The notes under the pieces are model-generated. The model made no database searches. It worked only from the letters and a program-made list of their open reading frames with translations, and was not told the origin of the DNA. Shown here piece after piece: positions 15,481 to 22,182 of a stretch of 35,562 nucleotides of DNA. The position numbers and the translations under genes are program-made. Source of the DNA: a virus; the IMG/VR virus record IMGVR_UViG_3300045988_033250, positions 1 to 35,562 of that record. The stretch is one strand, 5' to 3'. Position 1 is the stretch's first letter. Each line of letters begins with the position of its first letter.

Positions 15481-15928
15481 TGCAGAAAAGTTCAAAAAAG
15501 AAATTAGGGCAATGACAGATGAAAGCACAACGTTCGCATTTAAGGCGGACGATCCAACCGTAATCATAAAATGCAATGATTTAGGTTGTCATGAATGCTT
15601 GTTTAATTGTGGCAAGTGTTTTCTTGAAAGAATGAGATGGATCATTTCTGAATATAAAGAGCCAGTCAAATTAACTAGATTAGAGTATGAATTGCTGAAA
15701 TTTTGGAGCAGTGAAGGCTATAAATATATAGCAAGAGATAGAGACAATACGTTATTTATCTATAAAGATAAGCCTTCAAAACTTGCTGAATATTGGGCAA
15801 TCCTATATCACTATTCATTAGATGATAACTTCCGTAACCTTTTTGAATTTGTTGAATGGGAAGATAAAGAGCCTACATCAATTCAAGAAGTTTTGGGAAG
15901 TCGCGAGGTGATTGAAGATGACTTATAA
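15473..15928 (+). CDS. Hypothetical protein (Cys-rich N-terminus)
   Basis: 151-aa ORF overlapping the dam stop, with a CHECLFNCGKC motif. Confidence 0.65.
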   Translation: MINAEKFKKEIRAMTDESTTFAFKADDPTVIIKCNDLGCHECLFNCGKCFLERMRWIISEYKEPVKLTRLEYELLKFWSSEGYKYIARDRDNTLFIYKDKPSKLAEYWAILYHYSLDDNFRNLFEFVEWEDKEPTSIQEVLGSREVIEDDL

Positions 15929-16085
15929 AGAACTATCAAAAATGAAAGAACTATCAAAAATGATTGAAACATCTTCATATAGCAGATTCGCAAAAGGCTT
16001 ACAAAAATGTCTTTTTGGAAAAATAACTAGAATCTATGCTAAACAAATGCAAATTGAACAAATGAGATTAGAAAAAGCAAAGTAG
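15918..16085 (+). CDS. Small hypothetical protein (55 aa) containing an 18-bp tandem duplication
   Basis: MTYKELSKMKELSKMIETSSYSRFAKGLQK... The word aaagaactatcaaaaatg is present twice in tandem (15927-15944 and 15945-15962). Confidence 0.4.
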   Translation: MTYKELSKMKELSKMIETSSYSRFAKGLQKCLFGKITRIYAKQMQIEQMRLEKAK

Positions 16086-16205
16086 GAAGATCTATGAAAA
16101 GAACTCAGGATTATATAAAAGATTTAGAAGAGGAGGCTAGATGTAATAGCAGTTTTTAGCGCTGAAAAAGTACAGGAAATTGTAGAAGAAAAGGAAGCTG
16201 AATAT

Positions 16206-16478
16206 ATGAAGCTAGAAGAAGAGTATTCATATTTGAAAGAAGAATTTGAAGATTTAAAGGCTTACTATGAAGATTTAAAAGATAAGTGCAAAAGTTATGA
16301 AAAAGCAAACAAAACTGTATTGAGTATTTACAATGAGGATTTAAAAAAGATGGATGATCTTCAGAAATTAAATAGAAAGCTTGTTGAAAACAATAAAATG
16401 GCTAACAGAGATTTCTTTATTCTTGCAATAGCCTATGCTGCTACACTGATGTTTATGATTTACTTATTTATCAGATAA
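16206..16478 (+). CDS. Coiled-coil protein with C-terminal transmembrane anchor
   Basis: 90 aa, Glu/Lys-rich heptads, then FFILAIAYAATLMFMIYLFI. The frame is open upstream to 16128. See the finding on a possible frameshift with the 16094 start. Confidence 0.6.
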   Translation: MKLEEEYSYLKEEFEDLKAYYEDLKDKCKSYEKANKTVLSIYNEDLKKMDDLQKLNRKLVENNKMANRDFFILAIAYAATLMFMIYLFIR

Positions 16479-16488
16479 GGGGGGAGCG

Positions 16489-16695
16489 ATGATGAGGGTG
16501 AATGAAGTGCTGGCTAGAGTTAGCGAAGAAGAAATCATCATGATACGTACTGAAGCATTCTGTATTCAATGTACAAAGAATCAGTTAGTGCATGATGATG
16601 ATTTTATCAATATGAAATTAAAAGATAAAATCGTAACTCATTTAGGAGTTAATCATTTTAATGGTTCGAATGGAATTTTAATAAAATGCATTTAA
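16489..16695 (+). CDS. Hypothetical protein
   Basis: 68-aa ORF after GGGGGGAG. Confidence 0.6.
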   Translation: MMRVNEVLARVSEEEIIMIRTEAFCIQCTKNQLVHDDDFINMKLKDKIVTHLGVNHFNGSNGILIKCI

Positions 16696-16711
16696 AGAAG
16701 GAGATTAAATA

Positions 16712-16891
16712 ATGAATAACTATTTAATAAAAAAAGTAGTCTACTTCAGTTATCAGCAGTTTTTGAACGAACTTGAAGAATTAAAAAAGAAATATTACGT
16801 TATTGGATACACTGTCAAATCACAAGAAAATGTTGCAGATGTTCAGTTAGTCGAAAAATATGGAGGCAGAAAATATGGAACTTGTAAATAG
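16712..16891 (+). CDS. Small hypothetical protein (59 aa)
   Basis: MNNYLIKKVVYFSYQQFLNELEELKKKYYVIGY..., after AAGGAGA. It is just below the ORF-track cutoff. Confidence 0.55.
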   Translation: MNNYLIKKVVYFSYQQFLNELEELKKKYYVIGYTVKSQENVADVQLVEKYGGRKYGTCK

Positions 16892-17087
16892 CAAGAAACT
16901 GGAAGCAGTTGCTAACTTTCTAACCAATATCGAAGTTAATGGTGATTATTTATGTGGATCATTTCTTGAATACCTAAACGGCTCATTCAACGCTCCAAAA
17001 TGTTTAGATGATGATGGAGCTTTCTGTTTGGAAAACTGCCCAATGAAATCAAAAAAAGCATTTATCAAATGGCTTAAAGAGGGGTGA
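16875..17087 (+). CDS. Hypothetical protein
   Basis: ATG at 16875 lies 8 nt after GGAGG. The track ORF starts at 16860. Confidence 0.6.
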   Translation: MELVNSKKLEAVANFLTNIEVNGDYLCGSFLEYLNGSFNAPKCLDDDGAFCLENCPMKSKKAFIKWLKEG

Positions 17088-17092
17088 TAATC

Positions 17093-17365
17093 ATGTATTG
17101 TATAATGTTTTACATGTGCGATGGTTCTAAATATGTGATTGGTGGCGTTGGTGCTGGTGCTTACGGCTTACTAAGAGATAAAACAGATAGAGAATTAAGA
17201 TATGCACATTTTGACTTGACAGGTTACAAAACAATCACATTCTATGATCCAAATGGAAATTGTGAGCACGTGGACGAGGCTCATATTAATCTAGAAAAAA
17301 CCATATCAATTAATGTGATGGACGAGAACAAAAGAAGAAATGAAGAAGCAGAAAAATATATATAA
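17093..17365 (+). CDS. Hypothetical protein
   Basis: ATG at 17093 after AGAGGGG. The track ORF starts at the GTG at 17084. Confidence 0.6.
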   Translation: MYCIMFYMCDGSKYVIGGVGAGAYGLLRDKTDRELRYAHFDLTGYKTITFYDPNGNCEHVDEAHINLEKTISINVMDENKRRNEEAEKYI

Positions 17366-17376
17366 AGTATAAGTAT

Positions 17377-17505
17377 ATCCCTATATTGATATTCCAATTT
17401 TAAAAACATTAGTTACACGGACTAATCAAAACGTGGCTCATAAGAAAATTCTATTAAAAACCTATTTAGATTTTATTTCTATAATCTCATTTTCAATATA
17501 GGGAT
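17377..17505. repeat. Perfect 13-bp inverted repeat enclosing a 103-bp AT-rich intergenic segment
   Basis: atccctatattga (17377-17389) and tcaatatagggat (17493-17505). An inner hairpin attagt-tacacgg-actaat and a TATAAT at 17480-17485 lie between them. Confidence 0.85.
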
Positions 17506-17525
17506 TCATTAAGGAGTGATCACAA

Positions 17526-17711
17526 ATGAAAAAAATGAATAAAAACAGGGCACTATGCCTTTTATCAGACATATGTATATTAATTATTCTTATTTCCATG
17601 GTATTGACAGGCAATAACTGGAATTCAACAGAAGTGAAAGTCTTCTGTTGCAGTTCGCTTTTTATGAATATTTTGTTCGTGCAGTATTTCTTGATCATGG
17701 GAGGAAGATAG
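17526..17711 (+). CDS. Small two-pass membrane protein (61 aa)
   Basis: RBS AAGGAGTG lies 7 nt upstream. Two hydrophobic segments: ALCLLSDICILIILISMVLTG and VFCCSSLFMNILFVQYFLIMG. The antisense 78-aa track ORF lacks an RBS. Confidence 0.6.
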   Translation: MKKMNKNRALCLLSDICILIILISMVLTGNNWNSTEVKVFCCSSLFMNILFVQYFLIMGGR

Positions 17712-17712
17712 C

Positions 17713-17787
17713 ATGGATTTTATCGGAATCTTACTCATATCAGTATCAATAGTTCTGATAGCGATTGGATATTTCTGGAAAGAATAG
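17713..17787 (+). CDS. 24-aa hydrophobic peptide
   Basis: MDFIGILLISVSIVLIAIGYFWKE, preceded by GGGAGGAAG 6 nt upstream. It has a single predicted TM helix and is not in the ORF track because of its size. Confidence 0.5.
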   Translation: MDFIGILLISVSIVLIAIGYFWKE

Positions 17788-17806
17788 AACTAAATAAATA
17801 AAAAAA

Positions 17807-17945
17807 TGGCTCGTGAGGTCGTTCGAGGGTGTCAGCACAAAACGCAATACTTATAATATGACTTATAATTTCCCAATACTTTTACTGAAAATCGTTTCTC
17901 CTAATACTTTTAAGTGTTGGCATTCTCAAACGACTTTATGAGTCA
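17807..17945 (+). ncRNA. Long strand-specific hairpin RNA (31-32 bp stem, 75-nt AU-rich interior with three AAUACUU motifs)
   Basis: Arm 17808-17838 pairs with 17914-17944 at 30 of 31 positions. Eight pairs are G-U, which would be A-C mismatches on the minus strand. AATACTT occurs at 17846, 17875 and 17903. Confidence 0.55.
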
Positions 17946-17984
17946 GATAACTATATATTTGAAAAGATAAATGAGAGGTAAAAA

Positions 17985-18155
17985 ATGGCAAAACTTGTAA
18001 AAATGAAATACAAAACGCTAGGTGGTGACGTAAAAATCAACACGTATAATGCGACAATATCAAAAAAGATTGTGGAGGAATCTGGGCTTGATCCCGAAGA
18101 AGAAATCACAGTGAAGGCTGAAAAAGGGAAAATCATTATCGAGCAAAAAAGATAA
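17985..18155 (+). CDS. AbrB/MazE/SpoVT-family small DNA-binding protein (56 aa)
   Basis: MAKLVKMKYKTLGGDVKINTYNATISKKIVEESGLDPEEEITVKAEKGKIIIEQKR fits the swapped-hairpin SpoVT_AbrB pattern (...ip..i.e..gl..gd.v.v....g.iii). RBS GAGAGGT. The antisense 71-aa track ORF is rejected. Confidence 0.6.
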   Translation: MAKLVKMKYKTLGGDVKINTYNATISKKIVEESGLDPEEEITVKAEKGKIIIEQKR

Positions 18156-18205
18156 AATAAAGGCAAAGAGAACGTGGAACAGATTAAGAAGGAGGATGAA
18201 GAATT

Positions 18206-18445
18206 ATGAATAATTCACATAAATTATTAAATGGTGTTGAAGGAATTCTTGTCAAAGACTTTAATCCAAAGTACAAAACTATCGAACTGATTGAAAGCAG
18301 AGAAATATTTCCATTTGGAATGCCTATAGGCTTGTTTCATTTCAAAAAGGTGAAAAAAGACTACGGAGACAGAAAAATTGCTTCTGTGATGGATTTTAAC
18401 GATACTCACACAACGTCAATAGCTATAGAGGTACTTAAATCATGA
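18206..18445 (+). CDS. Hypothetical protein
   Basis: 79-aa ORF after AGGAGGA. Confidence 0.65.
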   Translation: MNNSHKLLNGVEGILVKDFNPKYKTIELIESREIFPFGMPIGLFHFKKVKKDYGDRKIASVMDFNDTHTTSIAIEVLKS

Positions 18446-18795
18446 GTGGTGGAAGTCTTAACTATTTAGCATCAAATATTAGTGATTCTTTATTCATGTC
18501 TAGAGTGGAAGGACATTATAGCAAGATTTGCGATAATGACAATGCTAGAATCGCAAGAGAATTGAACCCGATGCATGATAGGGAACTGTCAGAACTTATG
18601 GCAGATGCTATGTGTCTTCTTCATGCTTTAGAATGGTATGAAAGTTGTGATATTGGAGAAGAATCATATAAAAAGTACGTGAACAAATTCAAAGCAAAGT
18701 GGATGCCTAGAACCCCTGAAGCAGAAGCGAATAGTTATGCAGAGGATTTAAAGGCGTTGTACAAAGAACTGGATGCAAAGCTGAGAGGCGAATAA
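18442..18795 (+). CDS. Hypothetical protein
   Basis: 117-aa ORF with ATGA overlap to the upstream gene. Confidence 0.65.
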   Translation: MSGGSLNYLASNISDSLFMSRVEGHYSKICDNDNARIARELNPMHDRELSELMADAMCLLHALEWYESCDIGEESYKKYVNKFKAKWMPRTPEAEANSYAEDLKALYKELDAKLRGE

Positions 18796-18808
18796 AATTA
18801 CTATTGAG

Positions 18809-18834
18809 AAAAGGGCATAAAAACCCTTTTTTTT
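18809..18834 (+). terminator. Weak intrinsic terminator
   Basis: aaaaggg-cataaaaa-ccctttt followed by further T residues. Confidence 0.45.
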
Positions 18835-18903
18835 GGTAATAATTAGAGTATAATTACAGTAGAGAAAGAGGGTAAAAAAATGTTAGAAAAGGAGGGCAAA
18901 AAA

Positions 18904-19107
18904 ATGGTATTTTCTAATAAAACATATGACATTCTAAAGTGGGTAGCACTAGTAGGAACAAACGCATTTTCAGTGTTAATTATAACGCTCGGAAAAATCT
19001 GGGGATGGAGTTGTGCAGAGGCTATTGCAGGAACTATTTCAGCAATTGGCACTTGCATTGGTGCATGTTTACAGATTAGTTCGGCGAACTATAGAAAGGT
19101 GGAATAA
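18904..19107 (+). CDS. Holin (SPP1/Dp-1-like small two-TM holin)
   Basis: MVFSNKTYDILKWVALVGTNAFSVLIITLGKIWGW...IAGTISAIGTCIGACLQISSANY. ATG lies after GGAGGG. It sits directly upstream of the XhlA-like and endolysin genes. Confidence 0.75.
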   Translation: MVFSNKTYDILKWVALVGTNAFSVLIITLGKIWGWSCAEAIAGTISAIGTCIGACLQISSANYRKVE

Positions 19108-19455
19108 ATGAATACTGAAACAAGCGTAAGCATCGCATTACTCATTTCTTTGGCATCGCTTGCATGTACGTTGATCAACACTTTTGCAGGTGGCAAAAAA
19201 CGTCAGGAAGAACAGGCAGAGCGAGAAAAGAATAGGCAGATGGATATCGAAAAAAATTTTGTAAAGATCAACGTAAAACTTGATGATTTTTGCGACACCA
19301 CAAAAAAGATGATGATAGAAAATGGCGAAAAGGCTGAGCAGTTGAAAAATGTATCAGAACGACTCGTCCTTGTTACTGAGCGTGTACAGACGTTGTTTAA
19401 ATACAAGGATGATCACGAGGAAAGGATTAAAGGACTTGAAGACAAAGTCAAATAA
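19108..19455 (+). CDS. XhlA-like lysis-associated membrane protein
   Basis: N-terminal TM segment (SVSIALLISLASLACTLINTF) followed by a coiled coil, in a lysis-cassette position. Confidence 0.65.
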   Translation: MNTETSVSIALLISLASLACTLINTFAGGKKRQEEQAEREKNRQMDIEKNFVKINVKLDDFCDTTKKMMIENGEKAEQLKNVSERLVLVTERVQTLFKYKDDHEERIKGLEDKVK

Positions 19456-19468
19456 GGAGGGATAAAAA

Positions 19469-20503
19469 ATGTACGGTATTGATATTTCAAAACACAATGG
19501 CAATATTAATTTAGAGCCATATAAAGGGCAGTTTGTAATTATTCGTGTTGGTTATGGCCACTTTCATTTAGACGAAAAATTTGAAAGAAACGTGAATGAG
19601 TGCAAAAGGCTAGGCATTCCATTTGGCGTTTACCATTATTCATACGCTTTAAATGAGGCAGAAGCAGAAGAAGAAGCAAGAGGCGTACTAAACGCAATCG
19701 CAAAATACAAGAACGATATCAGAGTTGGTGTATGGTTTGATATGGAGGACGCAGACGGCTATAAAAAGAAACATGGCTTCAAGTTCTCTAATTCAACAAT
19801 TGCTCCAATTTGTTATAAATTCTGCAAGATGATTGAGGACGCAGGATATTATTCAGGTATTTACACTTCTAGTTCATGGCTTGACTATGTAAAAGGATTA
19901 AATGACAGATTCGACAAATGGGTGGCTAATTGGGGCAAGAATGATGGAACACAGCACACAAACACTTCTCAATATGGCACATTACAACAGTACACTTCTA
20001 AACCGTTAGACAAGAACGTCATGTATGCAGACCTTTCAAGATATTCAAGAGGTAACACAACACAACCTCAGCAAAAACCAATTGCTCAGATTGCTGATGA
20101 AGTAATTGCAGGGCAATGGGGTGATGGAGCTGACAGAAAGAAACGCTTAACCGACGCAGGATATGATTACAATGCTGTTCAGAATGCAGTGAATGCAAAG
20201 CTTGCAAAGAAATCTAATGAAGAGATTGCACAGGAAGTCATTGCTGGAAAGTGGGGCAATGGTGATGATCGCAAACAGCGTTTAACAAGTGCAGGATATA
20301 ACTACACTGTAATACAAGAAATTGTTAATAAATTGACGAGCGCTAATAAAGCAAGCAAAGCAGTATATTACACTGTTAAAAGTGGTGATACATTAAGTGG
20401 TATTGCATCCAAGTATGGAACAACATATCAAAAGCTAGCTCAAATGAACGGTATCAGAAATCCTAACAAGATTTATCCTGGACAGCGTTTAAGAGTGAAG
20501 TAA
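19469..20503 (+). CDS. Endolysin: GH25 muramidase + two CW_7 repeats + LysM
   Basis: [11 protein letters not shown]...IIRVGYG...GVYHYSY (GH25). Two repeats of I(A)[25 protein letters not shown] (Cpl-7 type). C-terminal [30 protein letters not shown]...IYPGQRLRV (LysM). Confidence 0.92.
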   Translation: MYGIDISKHNGNINLEPYKGQFVIIRVGYGHFHLDEKFERNVNECKRLGIPFGVYHYSYALNEAEAEEEARGVLNAIAKYKNDIRVGVWFDMEDADGYKKKHGFKFSNSTIAPICYKFCKMIEDAGYYSGIYTSSSWLDYVKGLNDRFDKWVANWGKNDGTQHTNTSQYGTLQQYTSKPLDKNVMYADLSRYSRGNTTQPQQKPIAQIADEVIAGQWGDGADRKKRLTDAGYDYNAVQNAVNAKLAKKSNEEIAQEVIAGKWGNGDDRKQRLTSAGYNYTVIQEIVNKLTSANKASKAVYYTVKSGDTLSGIASKYGTTYQKLAQMNGIRNPNKIYPGQRLRVK

Positions 20504-20883
20504 TGGCACAAGGCTATTATTCATGCAGTAGATGTGGGAAGATACATCCGAAAGGGTATGTATGCAAGGTAGAAAAGAAACACTACAAGTGCAGCTACAA
20601 AGAGTCAAGGCTGAGAAGTAAAAGCGCTTGGACAGATAAAAGCAAGCAGATTAGAGAGGATGCAAACTATCTATGTGAAGTATGCAAAGACAAAGGTATT
20701 TACAATTATAGAAATGTAGAAGTACATCACATAGAGAAGCTGAAGGATAAGCCAGACTTATGGTTGGAAGATGATAACCTAATATGCTTATGCAAAGATT
20801 GTCACAGGATGGCTGATGCAGGTATGATTGACAAAGAGTATCTGAAGAAGTTAGCAAGGCAGAGAATAGACAGGCTTAAATGA
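20503..20883 (+). CDS. Packaging-associated HNH endonuclease
   Basis: CSRCGK...CEVCKDKG...VEVHHIEKL...NLICLCKDCH is an HNH motif. It lies immediately upstream of the terminase genes, as in HK97-like cos phages. Confidence 0.88.
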   Translation: MAQGYYSCSRCGKIHPKGYVCKVEKKHYKCSYKESRLRSKSAWTDKSKQIREDANYLCEVCKDKGIYNYRNVEVHHIEKLKDKPDLWLEDDNLICLCKDCHRMADAGMIDKEYLKKLARQRIDRLK

Positions 20884-20990
20884 TCCCCCCCATGGTAATG
20901 GGCATTTTCTGGTGAGACAGTGAGATGAAACGCCCATATGGAAGAACACAAAATTTAAAAATTCTTATGGTTTTTTGGAAAAACGGCATA
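20884..20990. other. Candidate cos / packaging recognition region
   Basis: Non-coding stretch with a C7 run (20885-20891) and inverted repeat ATGGGC (20898-20903) / GCCCAT (20932-20937). It is placed between the HNH and terminase genes. The exact cleavage site is not determinable from sequence. Confidence 0.3.
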
Positions 20991-21024
20991 AATCACGCTA
21001 TAATGTGGATATAGCCGTTTTTAT

Positions 21025-21039
21025 GTTTCAAAAAGAAAC
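21025..21039 (+). repeat. Copy of the GTTTCAAAAAGAAAC element
   Basis: atgtttcaaaaagaaacaaaaacagcgaaaaatgt lies upstream of the glf remnant. Confidence 0.85.
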
Positions 21040-21053
21040 AAAAACAGCGAAAA

Positions 21054-21071
21054 ATGTTCCACGTGGAACAT
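21054..21071. promoter_or_regulatory. Perfect 18-bp palindrome ATGTTCCACGTGGAACAT
   Basis: The sequence is self-complementary over all 18 bp and sits just upstream of RBS GGAAGGGAGAG of the 21091 ORF. Confidence 0.6.
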
Positions 21072-21090
21072 TGAGGAAGGGAGAGAGCAT

Positions 21091-21823
21091 ATGCGGAAAA
21101 ATTTTGCGTGTATCGTAATATCACATGGCAGACCTGAGTGCAGTACGGTAAAGGTGCTTCGTGAGTGTGGATATACAGAAAAGCAGTGGGGCAAGCCATG
21201 CAAGGAACTTGACAAAAGTATTATCAGGCGTATTCCACTGCGTTTCACATACAACAATAATTATTTCAATGCAAAGTACCAAGGCATTCCTGTTGATGGT
21301 TATTCTAAGGCAGTAGAAAGGCTACTAGAAGGCGTTGAAGTTGTGACAGGGTATAAATGTTCAAGCTCAAGTAAAGAGTGGCTAAAAAGGGCAAAAAAAC
21401 GTGGTTCTGACAGGTGCTATTGACGAATATTACAATTACTGTTATGGTACGTTGGAATATCGAAGCCTGAAATTTGAAACTGAGGAATTGAAGGAAGAAA
21501 ATTATCAAGGCAATGCTGTCGTGAATTATACCGATGCTAGAGTGCCGTATACTAGAGTTATTGAGCACAAGCATTTTGCAGGAGTGAAGACACCGACAAC
21601 CATTATCACGAAGGAATATCCGCAGAAATGGGATATCGGTAAAGAGCGATACTATCCGATTGAGGATGAAAAGAACAAAGCACTGTATCAGAAATACAAA
21701 GAACTTGCAGACCGTGATGGATTGATCACAGTTGGAAGGCTTGCAGAGTATAAATATTACGATATGGAAGATACAATCAAAAGTGCATTTAAGGCGGTGA
21801 GAGAATTATGCGAAAAACAGTAA
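21091..21823 (+). pseudogene. glf: 5'-truncated, frameshifted UDP-galactopyranose mutase remnant
   Basis: GYTEKQWGKPCKELDKSIIRRIPLRFTYNNNYFNAKYQGIPVDGY then (other frame) VVLTGAIDEYYNYCYGTLEYRSLKFE...QGNAVVNYTD..VPYTRVIEHKHF...EYP...YYPI...GRLAEYKYYDMEDTI align with roughly the C-terminal 220 residues of Glf. The FAD-binding GxGxxG N-terminus is absent. The frame switch lies at the A5/A7 runs 21384-21399. Confidence 0.8.
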
Positions 21824-22182
21824 ATGAACAGGCTGAAGAAATATTACAGAAAGCAGAAGCATTTGGAGTTGATAAAAACTTCTTCTTCATTACGACATTC
21901 AGGCGATACATGGTACAGTTGAAAATATTAAACGAGCTTGAATCGTCAATCAAAAATGACGGCGTGTTGGTTACAAAAGAATATGTAAAAGGAAGAAAAA
22001 ACGTATATTCACATCCAGCCATTCAGGATTATAACCGAACAACTGACAGTGCAAATAAGACAGTCAGCACGTTAATGAAGATCATTTCGAAATTTTCCAG
22101 TGATGATAATTCTGAGGGTGATGCTGACCCGTTGCTACAGCTTATAAATGGCGGTGACGATGATGGCAGCGACGAGCAGTAA
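21808..22182 (+). CDS. terS: Terminase small subunit (P27 family)
   Basis: 124 aa, with a KNVYSHPAIQDYNRTTDSANKTVSTLMKI pattern and an acidic tail. It is located between the HNH and TerL genes. Confidence 0.75.
   Translation: MRKTVNEQAEEILQKAEAFGVDKNFFFITTFRRYMVQLKILNELESSIKNDGVLVTKEYVKGRKNVYSHPAIQDYNRTTDSANKTVSTLMKIISKFSSDDNSEGDADPLLQLINGGDDDGSDEQ

Noticed and set aside
17839-17913. CRISPR mini-array, retron msr/msd, or type III (ToxI-like) tandem repeat interpretation of the three AATACTT motifs.
   Set aside because: Only about 9-10 nt are shared between units, so there are no 25-40-nt repeats or spacers. No reverse transcriptase, cas gene or ToxN-like gene is present anywhere in the genome. 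The units are not tandem identical repeats.
21091-21823. glf fragment as a functional UDP-galactopyranose mutase.
   Set aside because: The N-terminal FAD-binding Rossmann motif (roughly the first 150 residues of Glf) is absent and the remaining part is split by a frameshift. Catalytic activity is therefore not plausible, although an expressed truncated protein cannot be excluded.
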